Assembly: GCA_965287045.1 (NCBI GenBank) | Contig: OZ336879.1 | Span: 36,270,001-36,334,000, forward strand | DNA length: 64,000 nt | Direction: 5' to 3' | From: Carcharhinus amblyrhynchos | Taxonomy: Eukaryota | Shown here: piece after piece, positions 10,905 through 23,475 of the stretch | How the letters are laid out: each line of letters starts with the position of its first letter | Numbering within the stretch: position 1 is the first letter of the stretch | Translations under genes and position numbers: made by a program | The notes under the pieces: generated by a model | The model's input: only the letters and a program-made list of their open reading frames with translations | The model's database searches: none | Told to the model about the DNA's origin: nothing

Positions 10905-12365
10905 TACCATTACCATCCTCTGAAAACAGGGACTGAAGATCGAAAGTTAAATGAAAAATGTATGCAGATTTGTGCATACTGCCTTGAAGAATGGCCATAG
11001 TACATTCCAAATAAATCCATTTTGCAGCAATACTTTGAACAACATCACCCCATTAGCATCATAGGTGGCGTCTTGGTCTGTGATCAGTGAATGGTGGTAC
11101 TGCAAACTTACCATTTGGAGAATTAATAGAAGATTAACCGAAGACATCTTGTTATTAGCAAGTGTCAGATGAATGGTACTGCAGATCACAGAGGTCAGAT
11201 ACCTCACACTATCTAGTACATCACCAACTGCATCTCCTGCACTATTCACATAGAAGAGCAGAATATACCACCTCTATCCTTTCCAGGCCATGAAAATGCC
11301 TTGGTGTGGATTTATTTGAAACCAAGCAGAAAATATTTCTCATTAGCAGACTGTTGTTCCTGCTGGATAGAGGTGCAAAAGTCTTATGGCCTCACCTCAA
11401 ACTGTTATTATCTATTTGAAGCAATTTTCTCTTTACACTGAATTCTGGATATTGTTATCTCTGACGGTGGCCCCAATTCAACAATCAGTATTTCTCATTG
11501 AGCTAATCCTCTGCAGTGTATATGGATTTACCCATATCATGTGTGCAGAAATACTGTCAGTCCAACAGAGGAGCTGAAAGAGAAGGATCTGGTAAGAATA
11601 AAGGAAGGATTTGAGCTAGTGCTGCTTCATTATCGCTCTTCACTGTTTCAGAATGATTTTATCCCATGTGTGCTTTTGACAGGTCACAATTTCCTTTCCT
11701 TCCCCACCCATTAATACCAAATCTTACCACAGAAGACCATGGTCAGTTCACAAAAAAGGCAATAACAATTACAGAGCAATATTTTTTTTTTCATCCATCA
11801 ACACAAGACCTTCCCCCACCCCCCCCCCCCAAATCAAATTGGGAGAGATGGTGTGGATCAGAGGCTAGCAGCAAGAAAGTATGGTGATAGAGAAGTTAAA
11901 ACATCAAGATCAAATCTTGTCCAGATACAAACAGGCATCATACAAAGGAACAGAACATTGATTTCAATAGCAAGAAGTCTCATAACACCAGGTTAAATTC
12001 CAACAGGTTCATTTGGTAGCACAAGCTTTCGGAGCACTGCCCCAGACCCTTCTCACGGTGCCTATCCCAGTCCAATGCCAGCGTCTCCACTTCTTGATTT
12101 CAATAGACAGAAAGCCATTAGCAGGTTGGATTGCATATGCCAAGAACATCACGCTGACAGAAAGACAAACAGGAATAACAAGGAGTTGCAACCTTCAGGA
12201 AATGATTCAGAGTGAGCAGATCTACAGAGATCTCAAAATGAACTCTACACTCTTACAAGGAAACTGGTGAAACCACCATGGAGACTTCACCTTTTAAAAA
12301 CAAGTTGGGAGAAATGCAAGAGGATGAGTACATAATAATAATGGTGATGAAGAATAAAGGGGAGA
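10905..12365 (+). mobile_element. Degenerate Gypsy LTR-retrotransposon integrase region
   Basis: Frameshifted remnants HLVISKC..CISC, LGVDLFE, DIVISDGGP, YGFTHI..YCQSNRGAER, SRSNLVQIQTGIIQRNR; polypurine tract AAAGGGGAGA ending at 12365. Confidence 0.85.
11971..12093. mobile_element. Short PLE family A insertion (inverted pLTR piece plus direct tail) inside the Gypsy integrase
   Basis: Exact 13-bp duplication TTGATTTCAATAG (11958-11970, 12094-12106). Confidence 0.88.
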
Positions 12366-12520
12366 TGTAGAGAATGGTTAACTCTAATAATATCTAGTGA
12401 GCATGTGCATAAGGAGTTATGCCATAGTGATATCACTCAAAGAAGATGAGTGAGAGGCAGTTAAGAAAGAAAAGTTCTGGCTTTCTGTTTTGTAACCTTG
12501 CATATAGCTTTTTTTTTCAA
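12366..12520 (+). mobile_element. Start of Gypsy 3' LTR
   Basis: TGTAG immediately follows the polypurine tract; 3' boundary unclear. Confidence 0.6.
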
Positions 12521-12989
12521 AAAAAAGACCCAGCTCCTCAATGATGTTTTCTCCTCACTCAATTTCTATTTTTCTTTCTCTGTCTATTCAAATTCTTTTC
12601 TCCCAGCGTATGAAGTGCTCTGGGATTCTTTTCTATATCTGAGGAGCATTATTGTAATTGTGGTTGCAATATGTACTTTGCAAATCAAAGTAGCTTTTTC
12701 ATTATCACATCACATGTTTCAAGTAAATTGTTCTCAATCATAAAATGTGTACTTTCCTCAGTTATGGCATACGATGTGTTGTGACTGATTTGGACATCTC
12801 GCTCCAATCATACAGCTCAGATGGAGACTATTTGTCTCTTTTGAAAATTCTGTAAACGTAGTCCCAAATCTTTGCACATTCCTCATAATCCTGCAACCTG
12901 CAGGTGTATACCCAACTGCATTTTAAATAGTACTGAATCTGCTTCCACCATCCTTTAAGTCCACTCCATATCATAATAGTTCTCTACTT

Positions 12990-13301
12990 TCATAAAATCC
13001 CTACAGTGCAGAAGGAGGCCATTTGGCCTTTCAAGCCTTCACTAATAACGATCCCACCCAGGGTCTATCCCTGAAAGCCAATATATTTACCCTGCTAAAC
13101 CTTGACACTAATAGACAATTTATCATGGCCAATCCATCTAAGGTGCATGTTTTTGGACTATGGGAGGAAACCAGAGCACCTGGAGGAAACCCATGCAGAC
13201 AACATGCAAATTCCACATAGACAGTGACCCAAGCTGGGAATTAAACTTGGATCCTGCATTGTGAAGCAGCAGTGCTAACAACTGTGCCAACATGCTGCCC
13301 T
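12990..13301 (-). mobile_element. HE1-type SINE inserted in an old minus-strand CR1 tail (about 12870-13530)
   Basis: Same head, central domain and tail as 5710-6031. Confidence 0.9.
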
Positions 13302-14229
13302 GCTTTGAACTCATCCTCTCTCTGGGTTTTTTATGCAATTATCTTAAATCTACTTCCTCTGGCTATCAAACTCCTGTCACTGGAAATAGTTTGTCTCTAA
13401 CTGCTCTGTTTTAACTCTTCATACTTTGGAACATCACCATTAAATTCCCCTTAGCCTTGCTTAAGAAAAGTCCCAACTTCTCTCAATTTTCCAGATAACT
13501 GAGCTCCTTTTCCCAAGTATCACCCTTCTGATAAATATAAATAAAATATCAATGGCTTCATCAACAACCTTGTCCAGGAGAATAAGGTCAACTGTAATTC
13601 ACATTTTTTTCATTTTAAGCCCCAAGTCTAGTTTCTGCATATAATTCAAAAATGCACATCAGTCGTGTCAGGAATTATCTGAAACTTGATGCCATAGGCT
13701 GCAAAACAGTTTGGCGTCATGTGTCACTTCTAATTAAAAGTTAACCTGTCCATTTTAAACAAAAACTTACGGTTTTGCAAAGTGCTTCTTTTAGATTAAT
13801 TTTTGTCACTTTAAATATCACTAATGTGTAGATATACCAAACAAAAACATGACCATGCAGTCTTTCACTGACCTCCAATGTTATTTTTCCATACAAATAA
13901 TAAAGGGTTAATTAATTTTATTTAATTTAGTAGTTTGATAGTACTTTGACTTTTTGGATTGTCCAATCTATAGTTTTTATGAATTTTAACTTGCACGAAG
14001 GAAATTAGATTTTTTTTGTTGTCAGGAACCTGCCCATCAACATCAGTAACAAAAAATTTACAAAGGCATGCTAGGATGTGATTTGCCCAGCAACAGGTAG
14101 AAATCTGTCTTGTGACAGCAGTAGCCAACATTCTAAAGTCATGATGAGATATGATTTTGTCCAGTAACAAGATTAGCAGGACAAGTTCAGGTGTAAATTA
14201 TCCTATAAGTAAAACAGCTTCCCTAGATG

Positions 14230-15060
14230 ACTGAGGTGTCAGTGGAAGTGTACAGATGCCAATTTCTAAAGTCAATGAATTTAGTAGATACAAGCCACCA
14301 AATCAACAGAATGAAAAATTAGAAGCTAAAAGGGTATAATTGCCAGTACCCTCAGAAGGAACCAGACTAGTTTTTTTACATCTGCAGTCTGATGGGCTAA
14401 TACCATCCAACAGTTCAAGAAGCTAATTTTCCAACTCCAACCCTAAGAGGCTTGTTCCATCGTACAGTTAGAAAGATTAGGGAAGATAATCTTTCATCTA
14501 AGATTCAGACCGAGACAAATTACTGATGTTCTTCAAGACAGTGATTTGTACCGTCACTAACCATGAAAGACTGTTTTGAGACCTGATCATCGAAGCTGTA
14601 TGTGTGGTAACTATGAGCTTGATTTGACTCACGTGTGGGATTTTACAGCCTCGCTCATCCCAAAACTGTAAAATCCTGCCTGAGGTCTGACCTTTCCATG
14701 GTGCACAGTAAAATTCTGGCCTTAGAGTTACAATGTTGGGTGATACAATATTGGAAAAAGCGGTGTCTCAGTGAGTTTAGGGATGGTAGGTATAGTTTGG
14801 GAATGAGAGGTAATCTCAGAAATGGTGTGTGTTTAAACATTCACATACTTAAATATCATTGTGTATTATAATATTTCTTATTATGTATTTTTCTTTTACT
14901 TTAAGAAATACTTTTTATTAATTCTTTGCGTAAAGACTGGACTGTTTTCTGATTGGGTGGCCCATGGCTCCTCCCATTAATCCAAACAATTATGCACCAC
15001 TATGAATCAATGTTTCAAGTTGGGACACTCGTGCATATAACACCAACAGAGTTCATAACA
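14230..15060. mobile_element. Possible old solo LTR
   Basis: Ends in CATAACA, a typical LTR terminus; 5' boundary not defined. Confidence 0.3.
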
Positions 15061-15329
15061 TTACCTAGGATAAATAATTCAGGTTATTTTAATGACTTAA
15101 GTATTTCATGTCACAAAAGACAGTGGAATAAATTGTACTGTTGCTCAGCAAAAAACAGAGCTCATTAAAATCTGCAAGCTGTAGCTACATTTCCCACAAT
15201 GTTTTAAACTTTACAAATAGTTTGAGAAATAAACATCATGACATATTTTTAGATTTAGGATTAATGAGATTTTCTAAGATCTCTAGATGTTGATTCTATC
15301 CTCCACATCAATTACACTCTGAAACTGAC

Positions 15330-15890
15330 CAAAACAGTTATAACCTGAGAATCCTATTTGATCCTGAACTATGCTCCAATCCCATTACCTCTCCATCACT
15401 AAGGCTGTCCACTTCCACCTCAATGTTTTTAGTTTCTATCTTCTTCTGACCCTTTCTGCTGTTCAATTCTGCATCCATGCTTTTATCACCTCCAAACTTG
15501 ACCAAGGCACTTCATTCTTCTGTTTTCCATGATCCCTAAACTTGAGCAGATCCAAAGATCTGCTGTCCAAATTCTTCTAACACAAAGCTCCATTCACACG
15601 TCACCCAGATCTCACTGGCCTACATTGACTCAAAGACTACCAATCTCTTGAATTTAAAATTTTCATTCTTACACTGAAATTTCTGTTTTGTCTCATTCCT
15701 TTCTATCGTGATAACCCCCTGCAACCACATAACCTGCCAAGGTTCTTCCAATTCTTGTCTATTGCACATCCTTCAATTATTTCACACTGCCATTGGCAGT
15801 ATGTAGGCCCTGGGCTCTGAATGTTCCTCCCTAAACTAAGTTCCTCTCCATCAATCTCTCCTTTTAAGATAGTCCTTAAAAACTAACCAC
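15330..15890 (+). mobile_element. Old L2 LINE 3' fragment
   Basis: Remnants IHAFITSKLD, QIQRSAVQIL, LTGLH*L..QSLEFKIF of the L2 ORF2 end. Confidence 0.7.
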
Positions 15891-16649
15891 ACATCTGATT
15901 ACGTCTGGTTTATGCAGTAGAAATTATGGTGAATTTATCAGCACTTACTGTTATTATGTAGTAAATTGTACAGCAATTTTCAGTAGTTAAACATGGAAAT
16001 CAGTAAGCTGATATCTGAGTTGGTTATAAAAATTGAACATTATACTATAGCAACTAATATGTTAACAACTTGAAATTCTTCTATGCGTTTATCATAGTAA
16101 GACACCCTGAGCTTCAAGATAATCAGACACAAGTTGCCTCTAAGGCAAAGGAGATATTGTACTGGATTTTGCTGTAAGCAATAAACAGCTATTCCTTAGT
16201 TTTGAGTGGTCTGTAGATTTTCTGTGATGCTGATGTCTAGAAGTTTCACGATAACAATATCTCACTAAGTGGCTCGGTATTCAAATAGAATAATGGTGTG
16301 ACGCTGAGGAACTTACCTGATAGATGATCATTAAATAACCAGAGAACGTTAAGGTGTGCTCATTCAAGTGTACATGAAGTTTTAACAGAGTATTAAGTTG
16401 TAAAGATTGTCAAGCAACCTTTCTGACATTGAAAATTAATATTTTATAAGTAGGAATTTCATTTCTTTAAATTTTAATCATTATTGGAGAACTCAAAATT
16501 TAAAAATTAAGTAGAATTTTTTTATTCTTTCTACTCTTTCTCAATTCCAACTTTTTGTCTCTGTATTTTAATTTCCATATATGATTTTACTCTCTACTCT
16601 ACCACCAACCATTTGTCATCCTGACTTGAAAATATATTAGCATTTCTTT

Positions 16650-16810
16650 ACTGTTAGTCAAAATCCTGGAATTCCCTCCCTAACAGCACAGTGGGTCTAT
16701 CCACACCATATGGACTGTAGCGATTCAATAAGACATCTCACCATCACCTTCTGGAGAGCAATTAAAGCTGATCTCGCCAGCAATACCTTCATCTTGTAAA
16801 TGAATCAAAA
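16650..16810 (+). mobile_element. L2 3' tail
   Basis: TCAAAATCCTGGAATTCCCTCCCTAACAGCAC...CTCACCATCACCTTCT. Confidence 0.7.
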
Positions 16811-17554
16811 AATTGCTATAATATAATATTCCTTTTAAACCAAACTTGAGTTTCTTGTATCTGCGTATTAATGAAGTAATAATCATATAAATAACAGATG
16901 GTCACAGAAATCCCTTTGTAAATCAACAGCTGCTCACAATTTGAGTAGACAATTAAGTAACAAAATATCAAAAGGAGATATATGGTGGAGAGTGCATTTG
17001 AAGTGAGAGACATTTTGGAAGAATCAACTAAAGCTTTTATGGAAAGGAATGAAGGTAACAAAGTGAAGAGTTTAATGAAAGAGTTCCAAAGTGCTTGTGA
17101 GACTGACTGACTGCTGTCACATTAATGGAAGAACGTAGTTAAGTGCAATGCAAGCTAGATTTGGAAGAGGAAAGTACTTGCATTTGAGGCTAAAGAAGTT
17201 TGTCGGATTCGTAGGAGGTTAAAGGCAAACAGGTACTTTGCGGAATAATTATCCAGTGTGAACAATTGACATTGGGAAAATAAGACATTAGAAGATGGTG
17301 TCTGGTAGGTTATAGGCAGAGAACTCTATGAACAAAAGTTTAGATAGGACAGTGTTGGAGGCCAGTAAGAAAATCTGTGAAATTGAGCATTCTGTTGGAC
17401 ATAAATGGATGTTGCAGATGTGGTAATCCTCGAGGTGGCATGGAATTGATTTCACGCTTAGCCAAGGTCATTTCAAACTTCAAAAATTGATGCATTCTGA
17501 AATTCCCCAATATCTTTATGGATATATGTACTACTCACTATAATATATTTTAAA

Positions 17555-17975
17555 TTCTTTCATGGGATTGTATTTGGACTTACTGAAAACAATAATCAAG
17601 GTACCTCACAAGGGATTAAGTCATAAGAAAAGAGCCTAGTATATTGGCATGGATAGAGAATTGGCCAATGGACAGAAAACAGCGAGTGGGGGTAAGTGGT
17701 TATTTCTGAGGTAGGTGACCCATAACCAGTGGGTTTTCACAGGGATCGGTGCTGGGACTGAAACTGTTTATAATATGTATTAATGACTAAGAGGAAGGAA
17801 GCGAATGTTACAATAGCCAAATTTGCAGATGACACACACTTGGGTAGAAAGGCAAGTTGTGAGAGGGATACAAACAGATTATAAAGATATATTGCTGGGT
17901 TAAGTAAGTAGGCAAAAAGTTGGTAAATGGAGTATAATGTGGGAAAATGTTAATTTTGGAAGGGAGAAGAACATA
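17555..17975 (+). mobile_element. CR1 RT fragment
   Basis: Remnants KVPHK, WIENW, SGFSQGSVLG, AKFADDT. Confidence 0.85.
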
Positions 17976-19159
17976 GGGGTGATCTCACTGGCTCATCCTG
18001 CTGCTTGATCAGCGTGGTGACCTGATGAGACCACAAGAGAGGCGAAAAACCACTTCATGCTTGATTTCTCACCTCAGTACTGGCACTGTGAAGCCTCCCA
18101 CTCAGGCTCACTAGTAATATTTAAATTCAAATTTAAGTTTTATAATCAGCCTTGTGCCTGGCACTCAGCTGAGTGAGGAATAGGGCAGCAATTGACCAGC
18201 GGGCAAGCTGTTGGGGAAAAAGGGGTATGATTGCTGAGGTGGAGGGGTGGGGGATATGGGTGGTGGGGAGGAGTGAAATATCTCCCAGTGCATTAACTGT
18301 GTACTCTTGTAAACAGTTAAGTAACTGGGTAACAGGGTGATTGGCATGTGTGAATGGCACCCTATAGTCACCAAATGAGGCTCAGAATTTTGCCCATTGT
18401 GCACCAAAGGAGGAATTGCCAAGAAAACCCATTAACATGACATACAACTCTGGTGCTTAAAGTTGCCAGGTAGACCTCTCAATGACATCCAATCAACTAT
18501 CCCATAGTGACCCAATACTGATACATTAGATTTAACTAATAGTTCTTCAAGATGGTGCAAAAGTTCAGATAACAAAATATGTCGTCTTAGATCACTTTAG
18601 AATATAGGATCATCCTTCTCAATGACACTGATCAAATACTTGCTGTTGGCTAACACACATGTGTCTTTAAAATAATTACATTTATGCTTATCACCAACTT
18701 GTCAGAAGTTGAATGCGTCCACCAGAGATAAATACTGAATAAATCGTGATGGCAATTGACAGCTAGAGCAAAAAGCATGACCTGAAGTATCAGAACTGAT
18801 CAAGAGTGTGCTTGAATCCCTGAAGCCAAAATATTTAGTTGTTTATTGAAACACTCAAGGTCAATGAAACCTTGTAAAATGTTATTGGTTGAAATGCATA
18901 GTCAATATTTTACCATAGCTTGAGATCTGTAATAGAAACATTTGTGCCTGACACACAATTGTTGAACTATGCTGTCTGAGAAAATAGACCAAAGGCTGGA
19001 TTTATAGACTAAAACTGTAGGTTGGTTGCAGCACTGACAGAGGCCATTCTGCCTGTTGTTTCCATAGCAGCCCTTTGCAAGAGTAACTCACTCATTCTAC
19101 TCCCCCCAACTTTTTTCCATATAGTCTTGCATTCTTTTCCTCCTCAGGTAATTAACCAA

Positions 19160-19965
19160 TTCAGATCTCAAATAATGATGAGGCAGAGTACAGGAATGAG
19201 ATAGAGAATCTGGTGAACTGGTGCAACAACAATAATCTCCCTCAATGTCAACAAAATGAAGGAAATTGTCGTCGACTTCAGGAAGCATAAAGGAGAACAT
19301 GCCCCTGTCTACATCAACAGGGATGAAGTAGAAAGGGTTGAGAGCTTCAAGTTTTTAGTTGTCCAGATCACCAACAACCTGTCCTGGTTTCCCCCATGCC
19401 GACACCATAGTTAAAGTCCACCAATGCCTCTACTTTTTCAGATGACTAAGGAAATTGGCATATCAGCTACGACTCTCTCTCTCCAACTTTTATAGATGCA
19501 CCACAGAAAGCATTCTTTCTGGTTGTATCACAGCTTGCTATGGCTCCTGCTCTGCCCAAGACAGCAAGGAACTACAAAAGGTCATGAATGTAGCCCAATC
19601 CATCACCCAAACCAAACTCCCATCCATTGACTCTGTCTACATTTTCCACTGCCTTGGCAAAGCAGCTAGTATAATTAAGGACATCATGCACTTTGGACAT
19701 TCACTCTTCCACCTTCGGGGGGAAAAAAGTACAAAAGTCTGAGGTCACGTACCAAATACTCAAAAAGAGCTTCTTCCCTGCTGCTGTCAGACTTTTGAAA
19801 GGATTTACCTTGTATTCAGTTGATCTTTCTCTTGATCCCAACTATGGCTGTAACACTACATTCTGCACTCTCTCATTTCCTTCTCTATGAACAGTATGTT
19901 TTATCTGTATAGTGCACAATAAACAATACTTTTCACTATGTTAATGTGTGACAATAATAAATCAA
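19160..19965 (+). mobile_element. Rex1/Babar LINE 3' fragment
   Basis: EYRNEIENLVNWC..LNVNKMKEIVVDFRK; ORF 19455 (NFYRCTTESILSGCITACYGSC); tail GTGACAATAATAAATCAA. Confidence 0.9.
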
Positions 19966-19969
19966 TTCC

Positions 19970-20310
19970 TTTTGTAAAAATCTTGATTTAATCTGTCTTC
20001 ATCACTCAAGTACTACATTCCAGATCCTAACCTCTCATCATTTAAAAATATTTTTCTTCATGTTACCATTGTTTCTTTTGCCAAACATGTTAAATTGATG
20101 TCCAATGGTTCTAGTCTTTCTACCGACTATATCCAGATTCCTCACGATTTTAAATGTCTCTATCGAATCTGAATTTTAATCTTCCCTAAGGAAAATAGTC
20201 CAGTTTCTGTAATCTATCTGTATTAAATGAAGATCTTCATCCCTGGAACTATTCTAGTGAATCTTTTCTGCATCCTTTCTAATGCCTTCACATCCTTCCT
20301 AAAATGTGGA
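19970..20310 (-). mobile_element. CR1 3' fragment
   Basis: ORF 20223-20462 ends PHFRKDVKALERMQKRFTRIVPGM. Confidence 0.8.
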
Positions 20311-21033
20311 TTAACTGGTTTTAGTTTAATGGACATTAAATATCCATTTTGTGGCAGTTTCTTTGTCAAAGAAAATAGTGGGGTGGTGTTCTGCTGGCAA
20401 TCAATCTCTATGAATTCAAAGGTTTTTCGGGGATAAATACCATATACTGAATACACTGACATCTACTTGAAATGTTAAAAGGAGGAATAGACCATCTGAA
20501 TTATTTCCTGTCGTTAATGCCACAGCAGTGCCCAGTGTCAGGAACACTTACATTCAGCAAACTGTGTTACAAAGGTAATGAAGGGTGAAATTGACACCAT
20601 GATTTCTGGATATTTGATTGTACTATGGGAATTGGATTAATTAAAAAACATATTTCTCTTTAATTGTCAACATCAGTTTCTTGATGCCACAATTTTCCTA
20701 TCATCCACAACTTGAAATGGGTGATGCAATGGGCTGATATCATTGGGAGCCTGCCCCAGCTATTATAATTAAACAGACCCTATAGGGTAGAGACTGGGGG
20801 TTGCAAAGCTTGATTGCAAAATGTAGACTTGAGTTTCCAGGAAAATTAATTGGCAGATTTTTTTTGGTATGAAAGGCAACATCAAGGGGATTAAACATTG
20901 AAGTCAATGCTACTTGCTGATCTTTTTCTGACTTGTTTTCCAATGTTTCCTGACTTGGTTTACTTACTGTCCTGCTAATTGGATTTTTAATCATGGCTCA
21001 ATATTTTTATTTTAATACTGTAGGAGATTTATG

Positions 21034-21151
21034 ACGAATAGGAAATAGGCTTGAAACAGATATGCCGTAAGATTTACTGGTTATCCATTGTCAAATCTGC
21101 TTTCGTTGGACCAAGCCATTTCATCTTTCTTCAAGTTTTCTCCCTATTCGT
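21034..21151. repeat. Imperfect inverted repeat, ancient MITE-like palindrome
   Basis: ACGAATAGGAAATAGGCTTGAAACAGAT pairs with ATCTTTCTTCAAGTTTTCTCCCTATTCGT. Confidence 0.65.
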
Positions 21152-21289
21152 AGATCATCAATTAGTGTAAGGAGAATTCTTAACTATTTGTCTCTCCAGC
21201 AAACTGGGTCCCTTATCCCACCACTTCTGCCAGTGATTATGGAAACGAAACAATCGACTAAGGCATCTGCTTTCTCACCTTTTTCCAAC

Positions 21290-22060
21290 ATCAGAAAAGA
21301 TTTATCAGGATGTTGCATGGTATGGAGAGCATTAGTTATAAGAAGAGGTTGGAAAAACTTTGTTCTCGCTAACGATGGAAGTTGTAACCGGTGACAACTT
21401 TGTATTGGATGTAATGTGACCAATGGGAACAAGATGTAAGGGTCAGCCGACCAATAAACCATGGAACCAATTACAGAGTGATATAATAGTCAGCTGACCT
21501 GCTGATTCACTATAAATAAGGAACTATGTAGAATTGTGGGGAGCTTGGAGCAGCCTAGGGTGAGACCCCAAGTTTGGAGTAATGATGTTTCTTTATTAAA
21601 CCTTTTATTTGATATATAAATTGGAGTAAGTTTTGTTGGATTTTCACTAGCTGCATCTTAGAGTTCCTTTTGAAGAAACATTGACAACAGGTGAACTGAT
21701 AGGAGCCTACAAGTTTATGATGGGCAGGGACAGAATGGATAGTTAGAAGCTTTTTCCCAGGGTGGAAGAGTCATTTATTAGGGGACATAAATTTAAAGTG
21801 TGAGGGGCAAAGTTTTTAAAGAAGATGTACATGGCAAGTATTTTACAGAGGGTGGTGGGTACCTAGAACTTGCTGCCAGGGGAGGTAGTGGAAGCAGATA
21901 TGATAGCAACTTTTAAGGGGCATCTAGACCATTCTATGAATAGGATTGGAATAGACGGATATGGTTCCTGTAAGGGTAGGGTGTTTTAGTTTAAATGGGC
22001 AGCAGAGTTGGTGCAGGCTTGGAGGGCTGGAGCGACTGTTCCTGTGCTGTAATTTCTTTT
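21290..22060 (+). mobile_element. CR1 3' fragment interrupted by a solo LTR
   Basis: ISYKKRLEKL..FSL before 21383; GELIGAYKFM, RGHKFKV and 3' UTR after 21690. Confidence 0.85.
21383..21689 (+). mobile_element. Solo LTR
   Basis: TG...CA ends, three CCAAT boxes, TATAAATA and ATTAAA in order, cleanly interrupting CR1; target duplication not evident. Confidence 0.7.
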
Positions 22061-22589
22061 CTTTCTTTATTCATACTCTTCCCTTTTTACTCATATCATC
22101 CCAATGTATATTCCCCATTACTCTCATTACTCACATTTCCTCAGTAACAGTCGCTGACTGACCCAATCCCTAATCCAAAACTATGGCCATATGCTCTACC
22201 AATGCTGCCAGTGAGAATGGAGAACTTTCTGCACAGCCAAATCTTCATTCACTGCAGTAGAACCAGGGAATCCCAGACACAGGCAAGGTCAGAGAATTCC
22301 AGCCTATATCTTTGGGACAATGTTATGTTTCAGATAATTCCTCCATTTTTAAAATTTCTCTATCGATGAAATCTGGGAATCCATTTGCTTTGCAATTAAG
22401 ATACTTAAGGCTTCAATGATTTTCAGAGAGGGTGTACCATGTTTACCAGTATTACCAAGGCCCTGCCCTACCCCCATCTCCATCCCACTCCACATACCCA
22501 ACTTCAAATACTTTGGAGACAGCATTGCCATGAATCATCATCATAATGCCAACAGAGCCTGTTGAACATCTTGATCTAAAAGAAGAACT

Positions 22590-22775
22590 CCAAAGATGTG
22601 CAGGTTATGGTGCACTGGCCATGCTAAATTTCCCCTTGGTGTCCCAGGATGCATAGGTTAGAGGGATTAGCAGGATAAATATATGGCATTATGGAGGTCG
22701 GGCCCAGATGGGATTGTTGTTGGTACAGACTCGATGGACAGAATGGCTTCATTCTGCACTGTAAGGATTCTATAG
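22590..22775 (+). mobile_element. 5'-truncated HE1-type SINE
   Basis: CCAAAGATGTGCAGGTT...CTGCACTGTAAGGATTCTAT. Confidence 0.85.
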
Positions 22776-23139
22776 CCTGTATGTGGTCCATCCACAGCTG
22801 AGCACAATCTTTTGAAAACTAATTAGTGGTTAAGGAAGCAAACATCTATTTTTGCCATTACTAGAATGTAATTGTCAAAATGGTTGCTACCAGAGAATTT
22901 GCAATTTTTTTCCATAATTTTGTTTTGTTTTACTGGGGCAGTTATAACACACCAAATTGCAAAAAAAAGATAATTCAGCAACTGAAAGTGGTAAGTGAAT
23001 TCAGACTGGAAGTTAAAAACCTAAGAGTAGAACGCAGTCTGGAAATGCGCACCATTCAGATGCAGATGGCTAGTTGCTTTACATCCCCACCATTGTTGCT
23101 ATGTTGCCTGAACTGGAGCTAGGGACTTCAGCGAGAACA

Positions 23140-23475
23140 AGAATGAACCATCAGTTCTCTCCAATAACTCTGTATTGTGGCTCTGGATTCCATCCCCTAC
23201 TTTGGTGTTTATGGAGGGTACATCTGGCGTAATTTTGGAAATTAACTGAGCTTCTTGCTTCTGACCTAGTCCATGACCTATTTTCATCTTTACAATATTG
23301 GCCACCTTTGTCCCCAACACAGTCCCACTGCTGCTAAAGTCCTTAGACTCACCTTCGCCATGTCAAGGCTTTATTCCTCCAATATTCTCACTGCCGGTCA
23401 TACACCTACTCACCTATCCTCCTCAATCAGCCTAACTGCCATCGACTTCCTGTCCTCCGGCACCTTGATTTTAAA
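23140..23475 (+). mobile_element. Old L2 fragment
   Basis: YFHLYNIGHLCP..AAKVL..FAMSRL resembles L2 ORF2 YFHLRNIARLRP..HAFVTSRL. Confidence 0.65.

Noticed and set aside
11517-11591. Apparent exon (CTGCAG acceptor, CTG|GTAAGA donor)
   Set aside because: It lies within the Gypsy integrase remnant (YGFTHI..QSNRGAER), so the splice-like sites are likely incidental.
12762-12851. Possible exon YGIRCVVTDLDISLQSYSSDGDYLSLLKI
   Set aside because: Weak donor (GTAAAC), no recognised homology, and flanked by LTR and CR1 debris.
16317-16422. Minus-strand exon candidate with CAG|GTAAGT donor
   Set aside because: Stops in all three frames and a poor acceptor tract.
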